Assembly: GCA_963730935.1 (NCBI GenBank)
Contig: CAVSTP010000003.1
Location: 352,001 to 416,000, forward strand
Reading direction: 5' to 3'
Origin: an uncultured Nitrospiraceae bacterium
GTDB taxonomy: Bacteria > Nitrospirota > Nitrospiria > Nitrospirales > Nitrospiraceae
Length of the DNA: 64,000 nucleotides
Shown here: piece by piece, positions 19,141 through 29,045 of the stretch
How the letters are laid out: the number at the start of each line of letters is the position of its first letter
Numbering within the stretch: the first letter of the stretch is position 1
The notes under the pieces: generated by a model
Told to the model about the DNA's origin: nothing
What the model saw: only the letters and a program-made list of their open reading frames with translations
The model's database searches: none
Program-made: the position numbers and the translations under genes

Positions 19141-19800
19141 TCAACTGACCGTAATGAGCTTGCGTGCCACCTGAAAGGCTTCGTCCAAGTCGGGTAATTG
19201 AGCCAGTTCGGGGGTGATTTGCAAGTGGCGGACGATGTTCCTGGCGTCGACGACCATGACGGCCCGCGCCAGGATGTGCGGGTCCTTTAACAGCAGGCCA
19301 TATGATTTGCCGAAATCCGCATTGCGAAAGTCCGAAAGGAATGTCACGTTATTGATCTTGGCTTCTTCCGCAAAGCGCTTTTGCGCAAAGGGCGTGTCGA
19401 TGCTGACGGTGATGAGCTCAACCATCTTGTCGAGGCCCTTGTTTTTCTCGCTGAGGTAATGGGTTTGCTGCTCGCACACCTTGGTGTCGAGCGACGGGAC
19501 GACGCTGATAATACGGACCTTCCCCTTGCCGGCGGTATCCGTAAGGTTGATGAGCGAGTTGTCGGGTTGAGCGAGCTTGACGCTCCGCAACTGGTCGCCC
19601 ACTTTGATGCCGTTGCCGGAAAGCGATAGGGGACTGCCTTTGAACAGGACATTGTGCCCATCACCGGCGGTCGCACTGCCGTCGGCTACGGTGTAGTTTT
19701 TGTAGAGAAACGTGTCGTGTCCGCCACCGCTGCAGCCGGGCAGGATCAGGGCGCTAAGGAAGGTGAGGAAGTATCGCTTCCGGATCAACATCATGAACAT
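19141..19800 (-). CDS. tpx: Thiol peroxidase (Tpx family), predicted lipoprotein
   Basis: PSLDTKVC, SIDTPFAQKRF, LSDFR, LARAV; lipobox LPGC. Confidence 0.85.
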   Translation of the reverse strand: MFMMLIRKRYFLTFLSALILPGCSGGGHDTFLYKNYTVADGSATAGDGHNVLFKGSPLSLSGNGIKVGDQLRSVKLAQPDNSLINLTDTAGKGKVRIISVVPSLDTKVCEQQTHYLSEKNKGLDKMVELITVSIDTPFAQKRFAEEAKINNVTFLSDFRNADFGKSYGLLLKDPHILARAVMVVDARNIVRHLQITPELAQLPDLDEAFQVARKLITVS

Positions 19801-19829
19801 CCTCCATCTCGCTGCACAGCGCAGCGGTA

Positions 19830-20762
19830 CTACCGCCGCAAAAATTCTATCATAGCTCGGTTCGCCAGATCAGGTCGTTCCCACTGGGGGATGTGCCCTG
19901 CGTTGGGAATGCGCACGAGGGCGGAGCCTTTGATCGTTCGCTGGAGATCTTCGCCGGCCGGAAGGGGAAAGACCTGATCCTCTTCGCCCCACAGGATGAG
20001 CGTCGGATGCCGGATCTCCCCGATCCGTTTTGCAAAGCCGCTCTCCCACAGTGGCAGCGTATCGCGGATGGTCATGAGCGGCGGGATCACACCGGGCCGT
20101 TGCCGGTTGCGGTTGGAGCGCTCGATGACTGCGGGCGTCAGCAGGGCGGGATCGTGCACGATCTCTTTCAGGACCGATTCAATCATCACGCCGCCGAACA
20201 GCCAATTGCCGAACGAGGCCAGCCACGAAGGTGCAGCCGTATCGAGCGCCCGTTTGATGGATGGGCTGGTCAAGCGTTCGCGCACGTTGGCCGGAAGGCC
20301 GTCGATGAGGACCAGTTGCGAGACACGGTCTGGATAGGTCAGGGCCATTCCGATGGCCAAGCCGGCACCCATGGAGTTGCCCACCAGCGCCACTTGCCGA
20401 ATGCGCAACGCGTCCATGAAGCCGATGAAGTAATCCAGCATTTGTTCCGGCCGGTACTCAATCTCCGGCTTTGTGGACAGCCCGGAGCCGATAAGGTCAG
20501 GGGTGATTAGGCGGAATTCCGCTGAGAGCGGCTGTTGCTGATGCTCCCACTGCCACATGGATCCGCCAAAGCCATGGATCAGAATAACCGGCTGGCCTTT
20601 CCCGACATCCAGATAGGCCACGCGCTCGCCATTCACCTCAACGGTGTGGATGGGAATCCGCTCAAAGGCTTCAAAATAGGGAGGAATCAGAGGAGGAGAA
20701 GAGCAAGCCGTCATGACGATCAGTAACGCGAGACTAACCGCGAGGCCTCGCCTGTTCAACAT
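19830..20762 (-). CDS. Alpha/beta hydrolase, predicted lipoprotein
   Basis: HGFGG, GNSMGA, WGEED, GH; MTAC lipobox. Confidence 0.85.
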   Translation of the reverse strand: MLNRRGLAVSLALLIVMTACSSPPLIPPYFEAFERIPIHTVEVNGERVAYLDVGKGQPVILIHGFGGSMWQWEHQQQPLSAEFRLITPDLIGSGLSTKPEIEYRPEQMLDYFIGFMDALRIRQVALVGNSMGAGLAIGMALTYPDRVSQLVLIDGLPANVRERLTSPSIKRALDTAAPSWLASFGNWLFGGVMIESVLKEIVHDPALLTPAVIERSNRNRQRPGVIPPLMTIRDTLPLWESGFAKRIGEIRHPTLILWGEEDQVFPLPAGEDLQRTIKGSALVRIPNAGHIPQWERPDLANRAMIEFLRR

Positions 20763-20792
20763 CCTGCAAGCCACGCACATTGCCGGACGGTG

Positions 20793-22733
20793 TTATTCCA
20801 ATTGGACGACCGTCTCATCTGTTTTGACGTTTTCGCCTTCAGCCACAAGGATGGCGGCGACTTTCCCGTCGATCGGCGCCGGCACGCGGCTTTCCATTTT
20901 CATCGCTTCAATAATTAGCAACGGATCGCCAGCTTTGACCTGTTGATCCTTGGCGACGAGCACCTTGACGACCCGCCCGGGCATCGGGGGCGCCACGTCG
21001 CCGGGTTTGGAGGGCTTCGGTCGTTTTGGCTTGGCGTCCTTGCCGGTCTCCGGAGCTTCAGGCACACCCGCCAACACTTCCTGAATGGCTTCGAGCGAGA
21101 CCTCCTCGAGCTTGTCGTTGACACGGATGTAGTAGGGTTTGCGTCCGTCGGTCTTGCGGCCGGATCCAGAGACCTTCACATGATAGGTTTCGCCGTGGAC
21201 AGTGACGTTGAACTCAACAGGCGCCAAATGCAGTTCGCCGGCCACTGCCGGCCCTTTAGCCGGCGACATTTCAAGCGGTTCCGGAACGAGGTCGCCTTTT
21301 TCTCGCGCCTCGAAGAAGTCCCGTGCGATCGCGGGGAACAGCACAAACGAGAGTTGGTCTTCGACCGTTTCCGCCGAGGGAGGAAGGTCTTTTTTGACTG
21401 CATCCAGCTCGGGATCCAACCGATCCGCCGGTCTTGTCCTGATCGGTTCTTCGTCGCCGATGGCTCGGGCCATAATATCCCGATCCACTTGCCCGGGAGC
21501 GCGGCCATAGAGGCCGAGGAAGTAATTCTTGGTTTCATTCGTGATGACCTTGTAGCGCTCGCCCGTCAGGACGTTTAGCGTCGCCTGCGTGCCGACGATC
21601 TGGCTCGTAGGGGTGACGAGCGGTGGATAGCCCATGTCCTTCCGTACTCCCGGGACTTCATCGAGCACTTCCTTCATGCGGTCGAGCGCATTCTGTTCCG
21701 TGAGCTGTGCGGCGAGATTCGAGAGCATGCCGCCTGGGATCTGGGAGGTCAAAATCTCCGCATCAACGCCGGTGAAATCGCTTTCGAACTGGCGATACCG
21801 GCGGCGGACGGTCCGGAAGTGATCGGTAATCGGCAACAACGAGTCAAGTGCCAGTCCCGTGTCGTAGGGTGTGCCATGCAGCGAGGCAACCATGGATTCG
21901 GTCGCCGGATGCGACGTGCCTCCGGCCAGCGGCGACATGGCGGTGTCCAGCATGTCGAGTCCGGCCAAGATCGCCATGAGCGCCGACATCGAGGCCATGC
22001 CTGACGTGTAATGGGAATGCAGATGGATCGGCACTTTCACGGCGGCTTTCAGGCGGCGCACCAACTGATAGGCATCGAGAGGGGCCAACAGACCGGCCAT
22101 GTCCTTGATGCACAACGTGTCGGTGCCGAGATCTTCGAGTTGCTTGGCCAAATCGACATAACGGTCGATGCTGTGAACAGGGCTGACGGTGTAACTGATC
22201 GCCGCTTCCGCGTGCTTGCCGCAGGCTTTTACCTCACGGATCGACCGGTCGACGTTCCGCACGTCGTTCAGCGCATCGAAGATGCGGAAGACGTCGATGC
22301 CGTTTGCGGCGGACCGTTCAATGAACCGCTCGAGGACGTCGTCCGCATAGTGGCGGTAGCCCACGAGGTTTTGCCCCCGGAGCAGCATCTGCAGCTTCGT
22401 ATGCGGCATGGCGGCACGAAGCGCGCGCAGCCGTTCCCAGGGATCTTCTTTGAGAAAACGCAAACAGGTGTCGAAGGTCGCGCCGCCCCAGACCTCCAGA
22501 GACCAAAAGCCGACGGCGTCGAGCTTTTGAGCGATCGGCAGCATGTCCTCCGTTCGCATGCGCGTGGCCAGGAGGGATTGGTGCCCGTCGCGCAGCGCGA
22601 CGTCCGTGATGAGAATCGGCTTCCCGGGGGCCGGTTGAATGGCGAGTTCGCGCGGACGAGAGGATGACTTAGTGACTGCGCCCGAAGGGCGCTTCTTTGC
22701 CGCGGGCCGCTTGATAGATCGTCTCGTCGCCAT
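20793..22733 (-). CDS. pycB: Pyruvate / 2-oxoglutarate carboxylase large subunit (carboxyltransferase + biotin carrier)
   Basis: LRDGHQSL, WGGATFD, IKDMAG, HSH, PGGM, EAMKM biotinylation motif; could be cfiA. Confidence 0.88.
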   Translation of the reverse strand: MATRRSIKRPAAKKRPSGAVTKSSSRPRELAIQPAPGKPILITDVALRDGHQSLLATRMRTEDMLPIAQKLDAVGFWSLEVWGGATFDTCLRFLKEDPWERLRALRAAMPHTKLQMLLRGQNLVGYRHYADDVLERFIERSAANGIDVFRIFDALNDVRNVDRSIREVKACGKHAEAAISYTVSPVHSIDRYVDLAKQLEDLGTDTLCIKDMAGLLAPLDAYQLVRRLKAAVKVPIHLHSHYTSGMASMSALMAILAGLDMLDTAMSPLAGGTSHPATESMVASLHGTPYDTGLALDSLLPITDHFRTVRRRYRQFESDFTGVDAEILTSQIPGGMLSNLAAQLTEQNALDRMKEVLDEVPGVRKDMGYPPLVTPTSQIVGTQATLNVLTGERYKVITNETKNYFLGLYGRAPGQVDRDIMARAIGDEEPIRTRPADRLDPELDAVKKDLPPSAETVEDQLSFVLFPAIARDFFEAREKGDLVPEPLEMSPAKGPAVAGELHLAPVEFNVTVHGETYHVKVSGSGRKTDGRKPYYIRVNDKLEEVSLEAIQEVLAGVPEAPETGKDAKPKRPKPSKPGDVAPPMPGRVVKVLVAKDQQVKAGDPLLIIEAMKMESRVPAPIDGKVAAILVAEGENVKTDETVVQLE

Positions 22734-22767
22734 GGTTCGTCTCGGGAGGATGAGCTGCCGTCCGGTG

Positions 22768-24186
22768 CTACAACCCCTCGTAAGCCGCGATTGCGGCGGA
22801 AATCGCCACCACCAGATCTTCCGGCTGCTCGAATTCGTCATACGTGAAGAGGTCGGGGTGAGTCTCCAGGTAAGAGGTGTCGAAACGCCCGGCGAGAAAG
22901 TCCTGGTCTTGCATGATGGCCTTCATAAACGGAATCGTGGTCTTGACGCCGCGCAGCACGTACTCTTCGAGCGACCGCCGCATGCGGCTGACGGTTTCTT
23001 CCCAGGTGCGGCCGCGCACGGTCAGCTTGGCCAGCAAGGCGTCGTAATAGGGCGGCACCTTGTAGTCCTTATACACAGCGCCATCGATCCGGACGCCAAT
23101 GCCGCCAGGCGACAGGTAGGCAGTGACCGTGCCCGTGCAAGGCAGAAAATTGTTCTTCGGATCCTCGGCGTTGATCCGGCATTGGATCGCGTGGCCCTGC
23201 AGCGTGACCTCCTCTTGGTCGATGTCAAGCGGCTTGCCCGCAGCGATGGAAATCTGGTTGCGCACGATGTCGATTGCCGTGATCTGTTCGGTCACCGTAT
23301 GTTCCACCTGCAGCCGGGGGTTCATTTCAATGAAGTAGAATCGGCCCTCCTGGTCCAGCAAGAATTCGACGGTTCCGGCGTTGTCGTAGTTGACGGCCCG
23401 GGCAATCGTAATCGCGGCGTCGCCCATTTCTTTGCGCAGTTTCGGCGTCAAAATCAGCGAAGGAGCGATTTCAATCAGCTTCTGATGCCGACGCTGGATC
23501 GAGCAATCCCGTTCCCCGAGATGGATGATGTGGCCATGCCGGTCGGCGAGGATCTGAAATTCAATGTGATGCGGCCGCTCAATGTACTTTTCGAGAAAGA
23601 CACTGCCGTCTCCGAACGCCGCCTGGGCTTCCCGGGAGGCCACCTCCATGTTCTCTCGCAGCTCCGTATCCGAACGGACGACGCGAAGTCCCCGGCCGCC
23701 GCCTCCGGCGCTGGCTTTGATGATCACGGGATAGCCGACCTTGTTGGCGAAGGCCAGAGCGTCGGTCGCCTCGCTGACCCCGCCGTTGGTTCCTGGGACG
23801 ATGGGGACGCCGACGGATTCGGCCAGTTCCCGGGCCTTCACTTTGCTGCCCATCAGCGTAATGGCGGCAGGGGAAGGACCGATGAAAGTGATGCCTGCGG
23901 CATGGCACCGCCCGGCGAACTCGGCATTTTCGGAAAGAAATCCGTACCCCGGGTGAATGGCGTCTGCACCAATGCGCAGGGCAAGCTCGACGATCTGCCG
24001 CCCATCAAGGAATCCTTTCACCGGTCCTGGGCCAACGACATACGCTTCGTCGGCCTTCTTGACGTAGATCCCGGTTGAATCTGCCTCGGAATAGATGGCC
24101 GCGGTCGCGATGTTCAATTCACGGCAGGCGCGGATAATCCGCATGGCGATCTCACCGCGATTGGCCACGAGGATTTTCTTGAACAT
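22768..24186 (-). CDS. pycA: Pyruvate / 2-oxoglutarate carboxylase small subunit (biotin carboxylase), 472 aa
   Basis: MFKKILVANRGEIA, HPGYGFLSEN, GGGGRG, EMNPRLQVEH; could be cfiB. Confidence 0.88.
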   Translation of the reverse strand: MFKKILVANRGEIAMRIIRACRELNIATAAIYSEADSTGIYVKKADEAYVVGPGPVKGFLDGRQIVELALRIGADAIHPGYGFLSENAEFAGRCHAAGITFIGPSPAAITLMGSKVKARELAESVGVPIVPGTNGGVSEATDALAFANKVGYPVIIKASAGGGGRGLRVVRSDTELRENMEVASREAQAAFGDGSVFLEKYIERPHHIEFQILADRHGHIIHLGERDCSIQRRHQKLIEIAPSLILTPKLRKEMGDAAITIARAVNYDNAGTVEFLLDQEGRFYFIEMNPRLQVEHTVTEQITAIDIVRNQISIAAGKPLDIDQEEVTLQGHAIQCRINAEDPKNNFLPCTGTVTAYLSPGGIGVRIDGAVYKDYKVPPYYDALLAKLTVRGRTWEETVSRMRRSLEEYVLRGVKTTIPFMKAIMQDQDFLAGRFDTSYLETHPDLFTYDEFEQPEDLVVAISAAIAAYEGL

Positions 24187-24333
24187 CTCGCGTTCCTGCT
24201 CCTGAATTCCCACGCTCTGCTCCGTACAGACGGGCGCAAAGGAGGCGTAAGTTAGCATAAGATCAGGAAGTATGTCGAGGGAAGGCCCCGGGAGAGAGGT
24301 TGGAGGCGAAGGCACAGCCGCGAGATTGACTCG

Positions 24334-24365
24334 TGAGGAAGGGGCGGCGGTGCACCCCTCCCTCA
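24334..24365. terminator. Hairpin downstream of the IPT/TIG gene, possible terminator
   Basis: tgaggaagggg...cccctccctca stem; no clear U tract. Confidence 0.35.
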
Positions 24366-24376
24366 GAAACGACCTG

Positions 24377-24847
24377 CTACTTGGCTTGCACCAAAAATCC
24401 CTTGGACCGAGCGTTGCCACCGCCCGCCACAACGTCGATGAAGGACATCCCGGCCTTGACCTCGGGAACCGTCGCTTCGATGGTGCTATCGTTCACGAAC
24501 TTGTAGTCGATCTTCGCCGGTCCTGCCGCGCTGAAGGCGACGCCGTGGAAGCATTCCTTCGTTCCAAAGTTCTCGCCCTTGATCGTGACTTTCTGGCCCG
24601 GCCTGGCTTCGTCGGGCTCCACTTTATGAATCTTAGGACGTTTCGATCGGTCGCACACCGGATCGCGTTCCACCCGCTCCACATCCGACCCCTTGATCGA
24701 TTCCATGTCGTAGAGCGTGAAGCCGGCCCCTTCGACGATGGCTCCCTTATCGCTGGGCTGTGGTTCTTCCGCGCCTAAATCGGGAGCCGAGATCAGGCAC
24801 AGCCCGACCAGTCCTATGAGGTAGAGTGATGATCGCCAAATCTGCAT
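24377..24847 (-). CDS. Secreted IPT/TIG domain protein
   Basis: Signal peptide; PKIHKVEP..G.KVTIKGENFG..IEATVP. Confidence 0.75.
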   Translation of the reverse strand: MQIWRSSLYLIGLVGLCLISAPDLGAEEPQPSDKGAIVEGAGFTLYDMESIKGSDVERVERDPVCDRSKRPKIHKVEPDEARPGQKVTIKGENFGTKECFHGVAFSAAGPAKIDYKFVNDSTIEATVPEVKAGMSFIDVVAGGGNARSKGFLVQAK

Positions 24848-24876
24848 AGAGTCCCTCCTTGAACGATAAGGCAGGA

Positions 24877-25758
24877 TTATTTGCGCTCGAACGGTATGTA
24901 GGTGTCCCCGATGATTTGTCGCCCTGCGGACGATTGAGAAAATTGGACGAAAGCGTCGACTATGGGACTTGGATCTTTCTTTGCCAGCAACAGGACGGGC
25001 CGCCTGAGAGGATACCGACCGTCTTTCACGGTGGGGACCTCGGGTTCAACTTTGTCGACCGGCAGCAGCCGCACAGCCACGCCGCTCGTCACGACGGCCA
25101 AACCCTGGTTTAGTGAGATATAGGCGACCGCGGACAGCGGAGGAAGCGTGCCGACTACGGTCTTGATGACTTTGTCGTCCTTCGCGATCACTTTCGCATT
25201 ATCGGGAATCTTGCCGTTAATGCCGAGCTGGCGCTCGAACGCATCGCGGATGTTTTGATTTTTGGGTCGATCGATCAACAAGATTTTGGTTTCCGGACCT
25301 CCCAGCTCAGACCACTCCTTCACCTTACCGGAGTAGATGTCGGCCACCTGTTGCTTCGTCACTTCTTTCGTAAAATTGGACAGGTGGACCAGAATGCCGA
25401 TACCGTCCCAGGCGATCTGGGTGGCGGTCAAGCCGGAATCTTCTGATCCGGTGACCGCAACATGGGCTTCGCCGGCCTTGACCATTTCCACCGGCTTGGA
25501 ATGATCGTCCCACACGACGTCGACATATGCTCGAGGGTTGGCCTTCTCAAACGCCCGTGCCAGCGATTCGATGGTGGTCAGTTCAGGGCCGTTGCCTACG
25601 ACGATGAGGTTACCTGAGACCTCGGCTCGACTCGCTGAGGGAAATACTGCGGCTACGAAGATCGCGAGACACAGTGCCAATAACAGGAACAGATCCGGGA
25701 TAACACCTGATCGGTGACCGGAGGGGGGTACGGTGGACGAGAACGTCAGAAGGTTCAT
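24877..25758 (-). CDS. PstS/SphX-like periplasmic substrate-binding protein (divergent)
   Basis: IAWDGIGILVH, IYSGKVKEWSELGG, GRYPLRRP. Confidence 0.8.
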   Translation of the reverse strand: MNLLTFSSTVPPSGHRSGVIPDLFLLLALCLAIFVAAVFPSASRAEVSGNLIVVGNGPELTTIESLARAFEKANPRAYVDVVWDDHSKPVEMVKAGEAHVAVTGSEDSGLTATQIAWDGIGILVHLSNFTKEVTKQQVADIYSGKVKEWSELGGPETKILLIDRPKNQNIRDAFERQLGINGKIPDNAKVIAKDDKVIKTVVGTLPPLSAVAYISLNQGLAVVTSGVAVRLLPVDKVEPEVPTVKDGRYPLRRPVLLLAKKDPSPIVDAFVQFSQSSAGRQIIGDTYIPFERK

Positions 25759-25767
25759 GCGAGAGGT

Positions 25768-26097
25768 TTAGTTTTTTTCCGTCTTGTCTGGAGCGTTGGA
25801 CGGAGGCTCCGAACCGGAAAAGACGTCCTGGATCTTTGGCGGGGCGCTCCTGGCGCCGAACAGAGGCGGAAGCTTTGAGAAATTGGCCGTGCGGTTGTTG
25901 AGCATGTCGTACGCCTTCATTTCCTTGAATCCAGGCTTGTGGTCGCCCTTGACCGTTGAAACGAAAGAGGAGAGTAGTCGCGTGGCGTCCTGAGCCTGGC
26001 AAAACGGGCAAATGGTATCTTCCACGCGGGCATGGACCGATTGCGTGACATCAAACTGCTTCTCACAACGCCGGCAACGGTACTCGTACAGTGGCAT
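25768..26097 (-). CDS. FmdB-family zinc-ribbon protein
   Basis: MPLYEYRCRRC...CPFC...RLLS. Confidence 0.85.
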   Translation of the reverse strand: MPLYEYRCRRCEKQFDVTQSVHARVEDTICPFCQAQDATRLLSSFVSTVKGDHKPGFKEMKAYDMLNNRTANFSKLPPLFGARSAPPKIQDVFSGSEPPSNAPDKTEKN

Positions 26098-26233
26098 GTC
26101 TTTCCCCGCACTCTCGGCGGTCTTTCGAGCGCAACGTGCGCCCTTGACCATCCGTTAAAGTTTGCCTTATTGTAGCACACCTGCCTGGTTCGAAGACTAG
26201 GGGATATCGGCGACAAGAGGAGGAGGATGTGCG

Positions 26234-26410
26234 ATGGCGGTGTTGATTCGACGTTACAAAGGCCACAATGGCATGATGCAAGAAGAGCGTATCGACGACG
26301 ACGATCGGATCGAGCGCTATTTCCGGCTATTCGAGAAGGACGACATCAAGAAATTGGAGACCGGTGTCAAAGTGTTCATTGAAAAGGACGAATGGCAGCT
26401 CCTTCCTTAA
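26234..26410 (+). CDS. Small hypothetical protein, 58 aa (below the ORF-track cutoff)
   Basis: Perfect AGGAGG RBS 7 nt before ATG; MAVLIRRYKGHNGMMQEERIDDDDRIERYFRLFEKDDIKKLETGVKVFIEKDEWQLLP. Confidence 0.7.
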   Translation: MAVLIRRYKGHNGMMQEERIDDDDRIERYFRLFEKDDIKKLETGVKVFIEKDEWQLLP

Positions 26411-26452
26411 CAGCCGGAAGGGACCTCATCACCCAGCCTTTACGATTCCTCA

Positions 26453-26656
26453 ATGACATATTGGATACACGTCGCCCATTCGATCGATCGGGTCACGTTG
26501 CACAGGGACCGGTGTTCGGAAGTGCCGTCCACGCAAACCTCCACAGATTACTGGGGGGGCGGCTGGTACGATTATCCTGACAAGGAACGCGCCCTCGCCG
26601 CAATGGAACAGGCGGGACCGTCCGACTTACGGCGCTGCCCCCTCTGCAAACCTTAA
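26453..26656 (+). CDS. Small putative Zn-binding protein
   Basis: HxxxC ... CxxCxP pattern. Confidence 0.55.
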   Translation: MTYWIHVAHSIDRVTLHRDRCSEVPSTQTSTDYWGGGWYDYPDKERALAAMEQAGPSDLRRCPLCKP

Positions 26657-26693
26657 CTAGAGCGTTCCACAGTTCAGGTCTTTTTCCATCTTC

Positions 26694-27557
26694 ATGCCTC
26701 GTCTGGCGCTGCTCCTAACCACCTTCATTTGGGGTGCGACATTCCCCGCGACCAAGGCGGCCTTGGAGCAGATACCGCCGCTGTCGTTTCTAGGCCTTCG
26801 ATTTCTACTCGGCACCTTACTGATCGCGGCATGGTTCCTAATGGTAGGCCATCGTCTGCGGCGAGAGAGAGGAGTCTTGAAGGCCAGCGCCGTTGCGACA
26901 GTGTTTCTCTTCTTTGGCTATACCCTGCAAACCGTCGGCCTGAATTACACGAGTGCTTCCAACAGCGCATTTTTGACCGCTTTGTATGTGGTCATCGTGC
27001 CACTGATACTGCGCCGCTTCGACCTCCGTGTCATCGTTGCGACGGTGATCGCCACGGTGGGCTTATGGCTCCTCGTCAAACCCAGTACAACAATGAATGT
27101 CGGCGATCTGATGACGATCGGCTGTGCCGTTGCTTTTGCCGCACACATCGTCTGTCTTGAGCACTACACACGCCTGTTCGACGCGCCGAGCTTGCTCCTG
27201 TGGCAGATGAGCGCAATGACGTTGCTGTTTCTTCCGACGATGGCCTGGGAGCAGGCTCCCGCAGAGGCCTTTGCGCCGTCGGCTGCGCTCGTGATCGGCC
27301 TGACCGTGACCGGCATCTTCGCGACGGGCGCGTTTGCCGTGCAGATGTGGGCGCAGCAGTTGATTCCCGCCCAGCAGGTCGCGCTCATCTTTGCGTCCGA
27401 GCCTGCCTATGCCGCCTGGTTGTCGTGGTACTTTCTCGGCGAGGTCATGGATCTACAGGGCTGGGTTGGAAGCGCATTGATTCTGACGGCGGTGCTCATC
27501 GGCGCGTTTGTGTCGCCCCCGCCGCCGGCGGTCGCTGCTGCAACGGAGCCGGCATAA
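26694..27557 (+). CDS. DMT/EamA family transporter
   Basis: IWGATF, LRF, QTVGL.YTSASNSAF, EP; about 10 TM. Confidence 0.9.
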   Translation: MPRLALLLTTFIWGATFPATKAALEQIPPLSFLGLRFLLGTLLIAAWFLMVGHRLRRERGVLKASAVATVFLFFGYTLQTVGLNYTSASNSAFLTALYVVIVPLILRRFDLRVIVATVIATVGLWLLVKPSTTMNVGDLMTIGCAVAFAAHIVCLEHYTRLFDAPSLLLWQMSAMTLLFLPTMAWEQAPAEAFAPSAALVIGLTVTGIFATGAFAVQMWAQQLIPAQQVALIFASEPAYAAWLSWYFLGEVMDLQGWVGSALILTAVLIGAFVSPPPPAVAAATEPA

Positions 27558-27569
27558 TCGGAACGGACA

Positions 27570-28037
27570 ATGGCTCAAAAGTTCGGAAACGGCCGGTGGG
27601 TGCGGGAAGGATTTCTGGACAATCGCGTCGAGGGGACTGTCATCGGTCGCATCGTCCTGGCCGCCGTCGGCCCTGTCGATCTCTACTTAACGGGCGATTT
27701 CAAGCCTGACATCGCCGGACGATTGATTCAATTCCGCAACAGTCGCTTTGAAGATGATGACTTGGCCGGTCAGGTCATCGGCGATATCGCCAATCCCCAA
27801 ATCGGAACCGTCAACCTGATTTCATTCGATCCGCATCCGAATCTCATGCCCCATCCGTATGTCGAATGGTTTTCGGCGGGATCGAATCATTATCGGTTTG
27901 AGCTCGCGGTGGAAGACGCCTGGATTGTGCCGTCGAGCGAATACGGACCTCTGGATGAGCAGAGCCGGGAGATTCGGGCTAGGTTGGCCGGGCAGGCCGT
28001 CAAGCGTCCGGAGCGGGAAGAGTCGGATTGGGTCTGA
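27570..28037 (+). CDS. Conserved hypothetical protein
   Basis: Protein-like composition; 12 nt after the EamA gene. Confidence 0.65.
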   Translation: MAQKFGNGRWVREGFLDNRVEGTVIGRIVLAAVGPVDLYLTGDFKPDIAGRLIQFRNSRFEDDDLAGQVIGDIANPQIGTVNLISFDPHPNLMPHPYVEWFSAGSNHYRFELAVEDAWIVPSSEYGPLDEQSREIRARLAGQAVKRPEREESDWV

Positions 28038-28049
28038 GCGGAAGCCGTC

Positions 28050-29045
28050 CTAGCCTTCCGCTGCGCTGAGAGTTCCCGTGATGGTCTCTTCTTTGCTTTT
28101 CTGCTCTCGCACGTATACAGGCACGCCTCGAACGTCCCAGACGAGCCCCAGCCATTCCATCCCTTTGAGGCAGTAGTAGGTCATGTCGATCTCCCACCAG
28201 TAGAAACCCTGCCGCGTCGAAGCCGGATAGAAATGGTGGTTGTTGTGCCAGCCCTCGCCCATGGTAATCAGTGCGAGTAGAAAGTTATTGCGGCTGTCGT
28301 CACCGGTGTCATAACGCTGGGATCCGTACACATGTGAAAGCGAATTAATCGTGCAGGTGCCATGAATCAATGCAACGGTCGAAACAAAAAATCCCCAAAT
28401 GAGCATTTGCGGTCCGTTGGTTCCGAGCTGCGGAGCATAGATCTCCAACAGTTTGCCGAAACCGAACATCGCAAAGCCCGCAACAGTGGGAACTAGGATG
28501 TCGAAACGGTCAAGAAAACGCAGCTCAGGATACTTGGCAAAGTCGGCGATGCCTTTCAAACGGGGAGCAAAATGCGTTTGCGACGTAAACCATCCGATAT
28601 GCGACCAGAGGAATCCGCCTTGAGCCGGGGAGTGCACATCGTCCTTCGTGTCGGACGCAATGTGGTGATGGCGGTGATGGCCGGCCCACCACAGAGGCCC
28701 TCGTTGGGCGCAAGATCCGCCGAGCACGGCAAAGGCAAACTGCACGGCGCGCGAGGTCTTGAATGTTCGATGAGAGAAATAGCGGTGATACCAGCCCGTG
28801 ATCGCAAACATCCGCACAAAATAGAATGCGACTGCGACCGCCACGGCGGTCCAGCTCGTTCCTACCCAGATGATGCCCAAGCACATCGCATGGACAGCAA
28901 TAATAGGGATGCATCGCAGCCAGTCCATCTTGGGGACGCCGTCGGTTTTCATGTACTCGAGGCCGGCCCAGGAATCGAACCATCGCAACACCGTAAACCA
29001 CAGGTCCTGCGCCTTGGTCGGGAGAGGAGTACGTACGTCGGACAT
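28050..29045 (-). CDS. Delta-9-type fatty acid desaturase
   Basis: His boxes HRYFSH, HRHHH, GEGWHNNHH; ATG 29045 with RBS. Confidence 0.92.
   Translation of the reverse strand: MSDVRTPLPTKAQDLWFTVLRWFDSWAGLEYMKTDGVPKMDWLRCIPIIAVHAMCLGIIWVGTSWTAVAVAVAFYFVRMFAITGWYHRYFSHRTFKTSRAVQFAFAVLGGSCAQRGPLWWAGHHRHHHIASDTKDDVHSPAQGGFLWSHIGWFTSQTHFAPRLKGIADFAKYPELRFLDRFDILVPTVAGFAMFGFGKLLEIYAPQLGTNGPQMLIWGFFVSTVALIHGTCTINSLSHVYGSQRYDTGDDSRNNFLLALITMGEGWHNNHHFYPASTRQGFYWWEIDMTYYCLKGMEWLGLVWDVRGVPVYVREQKSKEETITGTLSAAEG

Noticed and set aside
17801..19174. Long antisense ORFs (457 aa here; also 22639-24078, 36697-37737, 31629-32711, 62523-63503)
   Set aside because: Shadows of well-supported genes on the opposite strand in GC-rich DNA; no recognisable motifs
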